Below are positions 9,172-18,616 of a stretch of DNA of 64,000 bases, piece by piece. The notes under the pieces are model-generated. The model was not told where the DNA came from. It was given only the letters and a program-made list of their open reading frames with translations, and ran no database searches. The stretch covers positions 95,785 to 159,784 of the forward strand of contig JAFQHP010000032.1 in NCBI GenBank assembly GCA_017397895.1, given 5' to 3'. Numbering within the stretch: the stretch's first letter is position 1; the number at the start of each line of letters is the position of its first letter. Position numbers and translations under genes: made by a program. The stretch comes from Clostridia bacterium. GTDB lineage: Bacteria > Bacillota > Clostridia > Christensenellales > Aristaeellaceae.

Positions 9172-10037
9172 TTAGTTGATTGAACCTGTTTCTTTGTCAG
9201 AATGATATAGTTGGAGAAATTGGCAGCTGAAACCGCATCGTGCTCAAGGGATACAAGCCCCGGCTGAAGGATGGTCAACCTGCTGCTTTTGTTGGTTTTG
9301 TATTCTTCCCGGCAAAGCGGATCCAATACATAAAGCATTTCATCATCCGCGTGGGCCAGATATACATAATGCCCCACATTGGTAAAGCAGCCGCCTTTGC
9401 CAGCCAGGGCAAACACCGATTCATGCTCATTCTCAAGAGCTGCAAGCGCTTCCTGATAATCATAGGTAAAGCGGTATTCCAGCCCATATATCTGGCACAC
9501 CTTGTCAATATACCCCGTCGAAGTGCCAGCTACCGTCTCTGAGCGGCTGTACACCAGGAAAACATTATTGCCGGTGGCAAAATCACCCAGCACCAGGGGC
9601 AGAAAGCGTACATAATCCCGCTGGGAAGTAAGGATATACCGGGCACTGTGCCTGTCGCACTGGCCTTCGTTCAAAGAGCAGATGCACATGGAGTATGGTG
9701 TTTTGGCATATTCGCTGATCAGGCTGATTTCATTTTCCGGAACCAGGGCGGAAAGTGCCATGGCCAATGCCGTGGGACCGCAGCCGGAATCCCGGAACGG
9801 ACGGCGCTTTTTGCTGTCCTTGCGCTCGTACGTAAGGCTCTCCCATAACGCATCGTTTTGAGCATAATAGCGCACAGGTGTTTCCATTCCCGGTATGTTC
9901 ACCATCCCGGAAACAGATTCTGGGCGGGAAAATGCAGCCTCCACATTCAGATGCTGATCTGCAAAAGCAAAATGCGCACTTCCCCAAAGCAGCACGCACA
10001 GGACAGCCCAGCATGTTACCTTTGGAAAAATGCGCAT
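9168..10037 (-). CDS. secreted papain-like/C39-like cysteine peptidase
   Basis: It has a signal peptide (VLCVLLWGSAHFAFA), the motif DSGCGPTALAMAL for a candidate catalytic Cys, and a later GHYVYL His. Its stop overlaps the downstream start as ATGA. Confidence 0.6.
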   Translation of the reverse strand: MRIFPKVTCWAVLCVLLWGSAHFAFADQHLNVEAAFSRPESVSGMVNIPGMETPVRYYAQNDALWESLTYERKDSKKRRPFRDSGCGPTALAMALSALVPENEISLISEYAKTPYSMCICSLNEGQCDRHSARYILTSQRDYVRFLPLVLGDFATGNNVFLVYSRSETVAGTSTGYIDKVCQIYGLEYRFTYDYQEALAALENEHESVFALAGKGGCFTNVGHYVYLAHADDEMLYVLDPLCREEYKTNKSSRLTILQPGLVSLEHDAVSAANFSNYIILTKKQVQSTK

Positions 10038-10071
10038 AATCAGCCTCTTTCCGGCATCAAAAAGCCTTGGC

Positions 10072-10818
10072 TCAGTCTTCTTCTTCCTCTTCGGGCAGCT
10101 CAGCGTTGTGATACACTTCGCTCACGTCGTCGTTGTCATCCAGCATATCCAGCAGCTTCTGCACCTTGGCCAGAGTGTCCGGATCGGAGATGGCCACGGT
10201 GTTCTGGGGAATCATCTGCTTTTCGGCAGAAAGGAAAGCAAAGCCGGCAGCTTCCAGGTTTTCGCGGACAGCAGAGAAATCGTTGGGAGCGGTGTACACT
10301 TCAAATACATCCTCTTCCACCTTCACGTCTTCTGCGCCGGCTTCCAGGGCCTGCATCATCACTTCGTCTTCATCCATGCCGGGTTCCTTTTCGATGACGA
10401 TAACGCCCTTGTTATCGAACATATAGTTCACGGAACCGGGAGTGCCCAGGGAGCCGCCGTTCTTATCGAAGATGTGGCGCACGTCGCTGGAGGTGCGGTT
10501 GCGGTTATCGGTAACGATCTGGCAGATGATGGCCACGCCGCCGGGGGCATAGCCTTCGTACATCATTTCTTCATAGGTGGCGCCGGTGCCTTCGCCGGCA
10601 GCCTTCTTGATGCTGCGCTGGATGTTATCGTTGGGCATATTGTTCGCCTTTGCCTTGGCGATGATATCCTTCAGTTTGCTGTTGGTATCGGGATTGGAGC
10701 CGCCTTCGCGCACAGCGATAGCAATCTCACGGCCGATCTTGGTAAAGATCTTGCCGCGGGCAGCGTCGGTCTTGCCCTTCTTTGCCTGAATATTATGCCA
10801 TTTGGAATGCCCGGACAT
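10072..10818 (-). CDS. yebC: YebC/PmpR family DNA-binding regulator
   Basis: The N-terminus [27 protein letters not shown] is diagnostic. Confidence 0.93.
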   Translation of the reverse strand: MSGHSKWHNIQAKKGKTDAARGKIFTKIGREIAIAVREGGSNPDTNSKLKDIIAKAKANNMPNDNIQRSIKKAAGEGTGATYEEMMYEGYAPGGVAIICQIVTDNRNRTSSDVRHIFDKNGGSLGTPGSVNYMFDNKGVIVIEKEPGMDEDEVMMQALEAGAEDVKVEEDVFEVYTAPNDFSAVRENLEAAGFAFLSAEKQMIPQNTVAISDPDTLAKVQKLLDMLDDNDDVSEVYHNAELPEEEEED

Positions 10819-11036
10819 GATAGAACCCCTCCTGTAAGGTTAATTGACTATTAATAACGGCTTATTATACCATGCAAATTCCCTGCAGTCAAATATACTT
10901 CCCCACTTTTTTACGCTTTCTTGTAAAAATCGGTATTCATGTGTTTTTTTCGTCTCTCACCTTGCCTGTTCAATAGTACATATTGTATACTTGTGTAGAC
11001 AAGAAAATCTTTTGTTGCCAACAAAGGAGGGCTGAA

Positions 11037-11276
11037 ATGCAATACGATTGCACCGTCACGGGGAATGTGATCCGCAAGCTGCGCCAGGAAAGATGCCTGT
11101 CCCAGGAGGTGCTCAGCGGGCTGGCGGGTATATCCAGAAGTCATCTGGCTATGATCGAAAGCGGAAAAAAGAGTGCCAATGTAAATACGTTATGGTCACT
11201 GGCAGATGCGCTTGCGCTGCCGCTGAGTCAGATTTTTCTGATGGTGGAAGAAAAGATGGTACAATGCGGTTCATGA
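11037..11276 (+). CDS. XRE-family HTH transcriptional regulator
   Basis: The HTH_3 signature is LRQERCLSQEVLSGLAGISRSHLAMIESGKK. The start at ATG 11037 follows AAAGGAGG. Confidence 0.8.
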   Translation: MQYDCTVTGNVIRKLRQERCLSQEVLSGLAGISRSHLAMIESGKKSANVNTLWSLADALALPLSQIFLMVEEKMVQCGS

Positions 11277-11402
11277 TCTGCGACGCAAACTTCATTTGAC
11301 CATCCGGCCATTCAGTGTTATAATAATTTTGCTCTGCATTTGCGAACTGATGCGTGATGACGGATGCACTTTGCCATCCGCAAGATACAGGAGGAATTCA
11401 CG

Positions 11403-12290
11403 ATGTCTATGATGAAAAAACTTTTCGTCATCTCTCTGGCTATTGCATTGCTGCTTACCGCTATGCCTGCAAAGGCAGAAGTGGAGCGCTCCCCTTTCCT
11501 GGACGCTGCTTTCCGTTGCCTGGAAAAGGACAATATCTTCCAGCGCCGCTATAACGAAATCACCGGTGCTGAGGTAGAATCCATTTTTGATCTTGGTATT
11601 CCCTATTATTTCGGCGGCAAGTATATGGAACGCATCACCAGCCGCCTGCCCGAGTTTTCCAAGTACAAGTGCTGGGAGACCACAAAGTTTTATCGCAAGG
11701 ACAGTTTCTACATCGACGGCTTTGACTGCTCCGGCTACACCCAGTGGATTTATTCCGAAGTGGGCATGCCTGCTCACGACAGCCTGAGCAACATGATCCT
11801 CAAATGGGATTATCAGCGCAGCGGCAATCATCTCTACAACCATCGGGAAGGCTTTGAAATGCCCCCCTACGACCAGCTGAAGGACACCCTGCAGGTGGGC
11901 GACCTGCTGGTGGCAAAGAACGGCGCCCGGCATATCATGATGTACATCGGTACCCTGCGGGATTACAATTTCACTGCCGAAGAAGTGCCGGAACTGGCGG
12001 ATTACCTGGATTATCCCCTGGTGATCCACTGCGGCCCCAGCCCTGTGTACGGTGCCCGTTTCCAGGAATACCTGGACAGCAAAGCCGATGACAGCTACTA
12101 CGCCAATGTGAACACCACCAACGGCGGCGTGGAAGTATCCATCATCGGTATCCCCATGGAAGACGCCCCCATCCAGGAGCATGTGCAGATCACCGATTAC
12201 AGCTATTTCCTCATCGACGAAGGCAATTATGCCCTCACCATCTGGGATCTGATCAACGCCACTTCCTTCTGCTGGTTCCGTATGAACTGA
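11403..12290 (+). CDS. secreted NlpC/P60 (C40) peptidase
   Basis: The signal peptide is MSMMKKLFVISLAIALLLTAMPAKA. Catalytic motifs are DCSGYTQWIY (Cys) and HIMMYIG (His). The start follows AGGAGG. Confidence 0.85.
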   Translation: MSMMKKLFVISLAIALLLTAMPAKAEVERSPFLDAAFRCLEKDNIFQRRYNEITGAEVESIFDLGIPYYFGGKYMERITSRLPEFSKYKCWETTKFYRKDSFYIDGFDCSGYTQWIYSEVGMPAHDSLSNMILKWDYQRSGNHLYNHREGFEMPPYDQLKDTLQVGDLLVAKNGARHIMMYIGTLRDYNFTAEEVPELADYLDYPLVIHCGPSPVYGARFQEYLDSKADDSYYANVNTTNGGVEVSIIGIPMEDAPIQEHVQITDYSYFLIDEGNYALTIWDLINATSFCWFRMN

Positions 12291-12298
12291 CCAGATTG

Positions 12299-12326
12299 GA
12301 CCATCCATTCCGGATGGTCTTTTTTT
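12299..12326 (+). terminator. intrinsic terminator after the NlpC/P60 gene
   Basis: Hairpin GACCATCC-attcc-GGATGGTC is followed by TTTTTTT. Confidence 0.75.
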
Positions 12327-12340
12327 CAAGGAGAAAGAAC

Positions 12341-12559
12341 ATGAACGAGTATATTATCCGCCAGGAAGCTGAAAAGGATTATCCGGATGCATTGGATGGC
12401 AGACTTTGGCATTATCGTGATAGCGATATTGGCTCCTGTTGCGCGGATGAGGCTGCCTGCAATGCTTTCGACGCACTTTTTCCGGCGAAAGAAAAGAAGT
12501 GGATGCCCAGTCAGGAAGAATTTTTCATTCATTGCAATTCCATTCTTCGTAACAGCTAA
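12341..12559 (+). CDS. hypothetical 72-aa acidic Cys-containing protein
   Basis: ATG 12341 follows AAGGAGAAAG. I recognise no motif. It lies directly after a terminator with no visible promoter. Confidence 0.35.
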   Translation: MNEYIIRQEAEKDYPDALDGRLWHYRDSDIGSCCADEAACNAFDALFPAKEKKWMPSQEEFFIHCNSILRNS

Positions 12560-12586
12560 ACACACGGCAGATTTTTTTCAAAGGCC

Positions 12587-12616
12587 TTGACGATCCCTCC
12601 GGCAATTTGCTATAAT
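12587..12616 (+). promoter_or_regulatory. sigma-A type promoter of tRNA-Leu(TAA)
   Basis: TTGACG (12587-12592), 18 nt, TATAAT (12611-12616). It ends 10 nt before the tRNA 5' end. Confidence 0.6.
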
Positions 12617-12626
12617 TTCTGTTGCT

Positions 12627-12712
12627 GCGAGTGTGTTGGAATTGGCAGACAACCGAGACTTAAAATCTTGTGCCCTCTGGGCGTGCGGGTTCGATCCCCG
12701 CCACTCGCACCA
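12627..12712 (+). tRNA. tRNA-Leu (anticodon TAA), CCA encoded
   Basis: The acceptor stem is GCGAGTG/CACTCGC. The anticodon loop is CTTAAAA. It has a long variable arm, the T-loop GGTTCGATCC and a terminal ACCA. Confidence 0.93.
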
Positions 12713-12776
12713 CTTAATAAGCCTCTTTGCTGGGGCTTATTTTCCTTTATCGGCATCTCAGAAAGGAAGGGATCGC

Positions 12777-13547
12777 ATGAGCATACGCTTTATCGCCAGC
12801 GACCTGGATGGCACGCTGCTGCAAAAGGACGGCACTTTGCCGGACGGAACATTTGATATGATCAGTACGCTGAAAGAAAAAGGAATCTGCTTCTGTGCGG
12901 CCAGCGGAAGACAGTACGCCAATCTAAAACGGCTTTTTGCACCCGTAGCCGATGATATCTGTTATATTTGCGAAAACGGTGCTTATGTGGTTGCAGGCAG
13001 CCACAGTGCCGCGCGCACCATTCCGCAGGAGATTGCCATGCCCCTCATCCGGGATATTCTGGATGCCGGCATGGAAGTGCTGTTGAGCATACCACAAAGC
13101 AGTGTGATGCTTTCTTCAGCCAGCCGCTTCTTTACCGACGATATATTTTACCGTTTACGCAATACGTGCACAATTGTATCAGAATATGGTCTGTATTCAA
13201 ATGAGTACATCAAAATTTCCGGTTTTCATCCGGATGGCGTTGCCTCCCTTGCCCCGCCTTTGCAAAAGAAATGGAATGACGTCATTCATGCCGATATCGC
13301 CGGCGAAAAGTGGCTGGATTTTACCTTGACCAATAAAGGCGACGGCATCCTTTCGCTCTCTGAAATGCTGGATATTCCTACGGAAAACATGGCTGCCTTC
13401 GGCGATCAGTTCAATGACCTGGCCATGCTGTGTACAGTGGGACATCCTTACCTGATGGCAAATGCACCCAAGGAAATGCAGGCATATCCCTTCAAAATTT
13501 GCGATAACGTACTAAAGTCTGTTTATGAATTGACCAACATCTTTTAA
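12777..13547 (+). CDS. Cof-type HAD-IIB phosphatase
   Basis: Motifs are SDLDGTLL (motif I) and GDQFNDLAM (motif IV). The start at ATG 12777 follows GAAAGGAAGG. The longer track ORF runs through the tRNA. Confidence 0.85.
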   Translation: MSIRFIASDLDGTLLQKDGTLPDGTFDMISTLKEKGICFCAASGRQYANLKRLFAPVADDICYICENGAYVVAGSHSAARTIPQEIAMPLIRDILDAGMEVLLSIPQSSVMLSSASRFFTDDIFYRLRNTCTIVSEYGLYSNEYIKISGFHPDGVASLAPPLQKKWNDVIHADIAGEKWLDFTLTNKGDGILSLSEMLDIPTENMAAFGDQFNDLAMLCTVGHPYLMANAPKEMQAYPFKICDNVLKSVYELTNIF

Positions 13548-13554
13548 TTCTTCA

Positions 13555-13592
13555 GGGCGTGTAGCATGACAGCTGCACGCCCATTCCTTTTT
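13555..13592 (+). terminator. intrinsic terminator after the HAD gene
   Basis: Stem GGGCGTG...CACGCCC is followed by a T-rich tract. Confidence 0.55.
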
Positions 13593-13646
13593 CGCATAAA
13601 TTGAAAGTGTGGCAACGCCGCAAAACACTTGGGAGGTGTATCCATC

Positions 13647-14507
13647 ATGCCCACTTTCACCAATCAGGCCATCCTGACCCTCAAGGGGGTCAGCTATGCA
13701 TCCAATATTATCACCGGTGAAATCATCAATGTGCTGACTGTTGACAAAAACGCCATTGAAAACGAATATGCTTCAGGCGGGCGCATCACCTATGTGGTCA
13801 GCTTGCGCAACAGCGGCCCTTCTCCGCTGAATAACCTGACCCTTTCCGACAATCTGGGGGGCTACTCCTTCAGCGGTGATACCCTGGTCCCCCTGGATGC
13901 TGACATCAATTCCATTGCTTATTATATCAACGGCCAGCTGCAGCCCACCGGTTCGCTGGACGTATCTGCCGGCCCACCCATGACAATTGGAGGTATTGAT
14001 GTTCCTGCAGGCGGAAATGCACAGATTATTTATCAGACCACAGCCAACAGCCTGGCGCCGCTGGCATCCGCTACCGGCATCACCAACATCGTAACCGTAA
14101 CCGGCGAACAGCTTCAAACTCCTGTGACAGATATGGAGACCGTCGTTGCAGGTCAGTCGCCTGTGATCAGCATCACCAAAGCCCTGAGCCCCACCACTGT
14201 GCCGGAAAACGGACAGATCACCTACACTTTCCAGATTCTCAATGCCGGCAACACCCCGGTTGTGGCAACTGATGACATGATTCTCACCGACGTGTTCAAT
14301 CCCCGGCTTTCCAATCTCACTGCCGTCTACAATGGTACATTCTGGACTGAAGGGATTCAATATACCTATAACGAGATGACAGGTGAGTTCGTCACCCTGC
14401 CCGGCGCCATTTCTGTACCTGCCGCCACATTCGAGCAAAATCCTGTAACAGGCGAATGGATTGTCACACCCGGTTCCAGCGAGCTGGAAGTATCCGGTAC
14501 TGTATAA
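13647..14507 (+). CDS. DUF11 (conserved repeat domain) protein, no signal peptide
   Basis: It has two DUF11-like repeats, GGRITYVVSLRNSGPSPLNNLTLSDNLG and NGQITYTFQILNAGNTPVVATDDMILTDVF. The start at ATG 13647 follows GGGAGG. Confidence 0.75.
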   Translation: MPTFTNQAILTLKGVSYASNIITGEIINVLTVDKNAIENEYASGGRITYVVSLRNSGPSPLNNLTLSDNLGGYSFSGDTLVPLDADINSIAYYINGQLQPTGSLDVSAGPPMTIGGIDVPAGGNAQIIYQTTANSLAPLASATGITNIVTVTGEQLQTPVTDMETVVAGQSPVISITKALSPTTVPENGQITYTFQILNAGNTPVVATDDMILTDVFNPRLSNLTAVYNGTFWTEGIQYTYNEMTGEFVTLPGAISVPAATFEQNPVTGEWIVTPGSSELEVSGTV

Positions 14508-14549
14508 AAAAACGCCGCTTCTGATCATTGTCAGGAGCGGCTCTTTTTT
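14508..14549. terminator. bidirectional intrinsic terminator (DUF11 gene / rsmA)
   Basis: An 11-bp stem GCCGCTTCTGA/TCAGGAGCGGC is flanked by A7 and T-rich runs. Confidence 0.8.
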
Positions 14550-15389
14550 TCATTTAGCAGGTTCTATGTCTTTATATGCATCTGCCAGGTTAGCAAAGTC
14601 CTGCAAAGACCTGGTTTCGCCACGAACATTCTTTTCCAGGCCGCACGCTGCCAGCCAGTTTTCGGCCTGTTCCCTGCTGATTCTGAACGATGCAATCAGG
14701 TTATTGGCCATGGTTTTGCGGCGCATGGCAAATGCAGCCTTTGCCACCTTGAAAAACATCCCTTCGTCCTGCACCTGCACAGCAGGTTTTTCACGCCGCT
14801 GCATGGTGACAAAGGCACTGTCCACCTTGGGCGGCGGGGTAAACATGCAGGAGGGTACATCCAGTACAATTTGCGGCCTGTAGGCATATTGGGTGCGTAC
14901 CGCCAGCATCCCCCAGCCCTCTTCACCGGGCCGGGCTACCATGCGCTGGGCGGCCTCCGCCTGCACCATCACATTGATGCTGTCAATGGGCAGCCCGCCG
15001 GTCAGAAGAAGCTGCATCAGATCTGTGGTGAGGTAGTACGGAATATTGGCCACCACATGGAAATGCCCGAGGGGCTTGGTGATCTCCTGCAGGTTCAGCC
15101 GCATCACATCGCCGTGCACAAGTTCCACATTATCACAATGGTGCAACGCAACCTTCAGGATGGGCAGCAGCGTGCTGTCCACTTCAATGGACACCACTTT
15201 CCTGCACCGCTTGGCCAGTACCTTCGTCATCCCGCCGGCACCGGCGCCAATCTCCAGCACATGATCTTCCGCGCCAACACCGGAAAGATCCACCAATTGG
15301 GCAAACAATGCTTCGTCGGTGATGAAATTCTGCCCCAGGCTGTGCTTGTGATGAAACTGTTGGTTCTTTTTTCCTTGCTTCATTGCCAT
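14550..15389 (-). CDS. rsmA: 16S rRNA (adenine1518/1519-N6)-dimethyltransferase
   Basis: Motifs are HSLGQNFI, LEIGAGAGGMT and ANIPYY. Confidence 0.93.
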   Translation of the reverse strand: MAMKQGKKNQQFHHKHSLGQNFITDEALFAQLVDLSGVGAEDHVLEIGAGAGGMTKVLAKRCRKVVSIEVDSTLLPILKVALHHCDNVELVHGDVMRLNLQEITKPLGHFHVVANIPYYLTTDLMQLLLTGGLPIDSINVMVQAEAAQRMVARPGEEGWGMLAVRTQYAYRPQIVLDVPSCMFTPPPKVDSAFVTMQRREKPAVQVQDEGMFFKVAKAAFAMRRKTMANNLIASFRISREQAENWLAACGLEKNVRGETRSLQDFANLADAYKDIEPAK

Positions 15390-16021
15390 TCCTTCACCTT
15401 CTTCACCACTTCTGCCCGGTCAGCAGCCCGAAAGAACGCCGTCCCCATCACCAGCACATCTGCACCGGCTTGAACAATCCGGCTGGCATTTTCCGTGTTC
15501 ACGCCGCCGTCCACGCCAATTCTGCCTTTAAATCCTTTTTCTCGCAGCCAAACAATCTTCTCCAATTGGCTTTCCATGAATTTCTGGCCGCCAAAGCCGG
15601 GTTCCACCGTCATGATCAGCACCCGGTCCAGCAAATGCAAATATTTTTCAATTTTTCTGATGTCCGTACCAGGTTTTACGGAAATGCCGCATTCCACGCC
15701 CATTTCCTTTATTTTTTTCAGCAAGGGCCCGGCATCATCCAGCACTTCTGCATGGACAGTAACGGATGCGGCACCGGCTGCAATAAAGCTGTCCAGCAAA
15801 CGTTCCGGATTATCCATCATCAGGTGCACATCCAGAAAATAGTCAGGAAACAGTTTGTGCACAGCCTTGCAAAAATCAGGACCGAAGGAGAGATTAGGCA
15901 CAAAATGCGCATCCATCACATCAAAATGCAATGTGGTGATGCCATGATTTTGCAAATCAGCCAGGTCTTTTCCCAGATTCATCAAATCAGCAGCCAGCAT
16001 GGACGGTGCGATTTCAATCAT
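15380..16021 (-). CDS. rpe: ribulose-phosphate 3-epimerase
   Basis: Motifs are IAPSMLAADL, HFDVMDAHFVPN and GVDGGV. The start at ATG 16021 follows GGAGGGAAC. Confidence 0.92.
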   Translation of the reverse strand: MIEIAPSMLAADLMNLGKDLADLQNHGITTLHFDVMDAHFVPNLSFGPDFCKAVHKLFPDYFLDVHLMMDNPERLLDSFIAAGAASVTVHAEVLDDAGPLLKKIKEMGVECGISVKPGTDIRKIEKYLHLLDRVLIMTVEPGFGGQKFMESQLEKIVWLREKGFKGRIGVDGGVNTENASRIVQAGADVLVMGTAFFRAADRAEVVKKVKEWQ

Positions 16022-16901
16022 AACGTTCCCTCCACGTTTCACGGCAGTCCTTCAGGATTTGCCGGTAACGCTCCATTCTTTCGTGGTCAATAACCCCGTT
16101 TTCCTCATCCATTCTTACCATACACCCAGGCTCGGCTGCATGGTAACAAGGAGAAAAACGGCATTTCCCTTTATATTCCCTGAATTCCGGATAATAATCC
16201 TGCAGCAGCACCGGATCAAAAACCCCGTCCAATTCCAGCAGGCTGAACCCGGGTGTATCAATAACGGCAATATCACCAAAGCGGAACAATTCTGCATGAC
16301 GGGTGGTATTCTTCCCCCTGAGAATTTTCTGGCTGATATCCCCTGTTTCCACCTGCAGCCCAAACAATTGATTGAGCAGCGTGGATTTACCCACGCCTGA
16401 CTGGCCGGAAAAGCAGCACATCTGTCCGGCAAAACGCTCAATGAGCGCCTCCTTGCCTTCTCCCGTTCTGGCGCTGACAGAGAACACCTCCAGCCCGGCC
16501 CCTTTGTACATTTTTCTGGCAGCCCGGAGCGTTTCCTCTTCCGTATCCAGATCCGCCTTATTGACGATCAGAACAGGCTTTAAGTTCTGCCGTTCGGCGA
16601 AGATCATCAGTTTATCCACCAGCAGCCAGTCAGGCGCTGGCTGGGGGGATACCACCATGCAAAGCAGCGTTACATTAGCCACCGGCGGACGCAGGCACTG
16701 GCTGGTTCTTGGCATTATTTCCTCCACCCAGCCATGTTCATCGCTGATATTGCCGGGAGTGAACATAATCCGGTCCCCCACCAACGGTGACAAGCCCATC
16801 CGGCGAAACTTTTTCTTTGCCCGCAGTACATATTCCCTGTTCTCCGCATCCAGTGCGGTATACAGCCCGCCCCGGCCGCGGATGATGATCCCTTCTGTCA
16901 C
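16014..16901 (-). CDS. rsgA: ribosome small-subunit-dependent GTPase A
   Basis: Motifs are NKADL, GQSGVGKSTLLNQL, DTPGF and CRFSPCYHAAEPGC. It sits between prkC and rpe as in Bacillus. Confidence 0.93.
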   Translation of the reverse strand: MTEGIIIRGRGGLYTALDAENREYVLRAKKKFRRMGLSPLVGDRIMFTPGNISDEHGWVEEIMPRTSQCLRPPVANVTLLCMVVSPQPAPDWLLVDKLMIFAERQNLKPVLIVNKADLDTEEETLRAARKMYKGAGLEVFSVSARTGEGKEALIERFAGQMCCFSGQSGVGKSTLLNQLFGLQVETGDISQKILRGKNTTRHAELFRFGDIAVIDTPGFSLLELDGVFDPVLLQDYYPEFREYKGKCRFSPCYHAAEPGCMVRMDEENGVIDHERMERYRQILKDCRETWRERYD

Positions 16902-18616
16902 TGCTCAGTCCTCGCTTGTTCAGTTTGTGTGTCTGTTTCGGTGCCGTTATCCAATACATAGACAGCCAGCGTTACTTCCGTCTGCTGCATCACCATCTGG
17001 CCGGGCTGGTATTCCACCGGCTCCTGATTGTCATATACAACAAATTTTTGCGCTGCAACCCTTCCGATCTGTGAAGCATCACTGACAGGAATTTCAATCA
17101 GATTGACCAGCTTCAATTGCAGCTGCTGAATGGAAAGCAGTGCGGCATCCTTTTCCATGCCGATATAATCCGGCAGGATAATGCTGCCGCCGCTGAGTGT
17201 CACCTGAATAACGCTGCCGCTGGTCAGCATGGTATCAGGCTCAGGATTTTGAGAAAGCACTGTGTCCCAGGGCTTAGCAGAGAGCTGCCTTTCAGGCAAC
17301 GCCAGCAGGGTGAAGCCTGTCTTTTCCAATTCTGCCATGGCCTCTTCCAAGGTCATATTGACAATATTGGGCGCAGCCTGGGATTCAGGGCCGGTGGATA
17401 CAGTGAGGAGCACCGTTTCCTCCTTGCGCATGGCTGTACCGTATTCAGGCGATTGCATGATCACCGTTCCCACCGGCTTCACTTCATCGCTGATACGCTT
17501 TACTTCCATTCTCAGCCCCGCTTTGTTCAACAGCCTTTCCGCACTTTCCAGCGTTTCGTCCAATACATAGGGCGCCTCTGTTGCCTGGATCACCTGTTCG
17601 TAAATGTATATGCTGCCAAATACAATCGCAGCAATGGAAAGGATGGCCAACCCCATCACCAGGAAAGCCTTCCTGGCCAGATTTTTCTTTGTTTTGCTGC
17701 CAAGGTTCATCTGAGTGCCGGTCATTGTGGCATCCTTTTTAGGCTCCTGCGAATTGGGGATGTTTTTATCCGGCAGTCTGCCAAGCCATGTTCCGTCCGG
17801 CTCTTCCAGGGCACGCTTGATATCCTGGGCCATATCCACAGCGTTCTGGTAGCGCTTGTCCAGCGATTTCTCCATGGCCCTTTTCACCACAGCAGTCAGT
17901 GCCGGCGGCACAGCCGGATTTAGATCACTGATTTCCCGGGGCTTTGCGCCAATATGCTGCATGGCAATAGCTACCGGGGTATCGCCGTCAAAGGGCAGCT
18001 GTCCGGTAAGCATTTCATAAAATACAATGCCCACGCTGTACAGGTCGCTGCCGTAAGTGACGCTTTCACCCTTGGCCTGCTCAGGAGAAAAATAGTGAAC
18101 AGAGCCCATCACGTTATCCGTCTTGCTGATGGTGTTGCTGCCGGCCACCCGTGCAATGCCAAAGTCGGACACTTTGATGTGCCCATCCTCATTCACCAGA
18201 ATGTTCTGGGATTTGATATCCCGGTGAATAATGCCGTTGCCGTGAGCATGGCGCAGGGCAGACAGGATACGAATGGCAATCTGCGCAGCCACATTGAAAG
18301 GCAGGGCCCCTTTTTGCAGGATTACTTCCTTCAGGGTGCGTCCGTGCACATATTCCATCACCAGGTAGCGCAGTTCCCCCTCCTGGCCAATATCCAGCAG
18401 GTTCACAATATTGTGATGGCTCATTTTGCTGGCCGTCTGCGCTTCTCGGTCAAATCGTTCCAGGAATTCTTCGTCTTCTGCAAATTCGGGACGCAGTATC
18501 TTCACAGCCACCTGATGGCCTGTGCGCTGATCCTTGGCGCGATACACCAGCGCCATGCCGCCCTGGCCGATAAATTCCACCAGCTCATAGCGGTTGTCCA
18601 ACAATTTTCCGATCAT
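16898..18616 (-). CDS. prkC: Ser/Thr protein kinase with PASTA repeats
   Basis: Kinase motifs are GQGGMALVYRA, VAVK, HRDIKSQN and DFG. It has one TM segment and C-terminal PASTA-like repeats. Confidence 0.92.
   Translation of the reverse strand: MIGKLLDNRYELVEFIGQGGMALVYRAKDQRTGHQVAVKILRPEFAEDEEFLERFDREAQTASKMSHHNIVNLLDIGQEGELRYLVMEYVHGRTLKEVILQKGALPFNVAAQIAIRILSALRHAHGNGIIHRDIKSQNILVNEDGHIKVSDFGIARVAGSNTISKTDNVMGSVHYFSPEQAKGESVTYGSDLYSVGIVFYEMLTGQLPFDGDTPVAIAMQHIGAKPREISDLNPAVPPALTAVVKRAMEKSLDKRYQNAVDMAQDIKRALEEPDGTWLGRLPDKNIPNSQEPKKDATMTGTQMNLGSKTKKNLARKAFLVMGLAILSIAAIVFGSIYIYEQVIQATEAPYVLDETLESAERLLNKAGLRMEVKRISDEVKPVGTVIMQSPEYGTAMRKEETVLLTVSTGPESQAAPNIVNMTLEEAMAELEKTGFTLLALPERQLSAKPWDTVLSQNPEPDTMLTSGSVIQVTLSGGSIILPDYIGMEKDAALLSIQQLQLKLVNLIEIPVSDASQIGRVAAQKFVVYDNQEPVEYQPGQMVMQQTEVTLAVYVLDNGTETDTQTEQARTEQ

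Noticed and set aside
10417-10429. GAACATATAGTTC looked like a third LexA box.
   Set aside because: The spacer is 5 nt, not 4, and the site is inside the yebC coding region. This is probably chance.
12633-12776. A 48-codon N-terminal extension of the HAD hydrolase ORF.
   Set aside because: The extension reads straight through tRNA-Leu(TAA). A good RBS precedes the internal ATG at 12777, which gives the canonical MSIRFIASDLDGTLL start.
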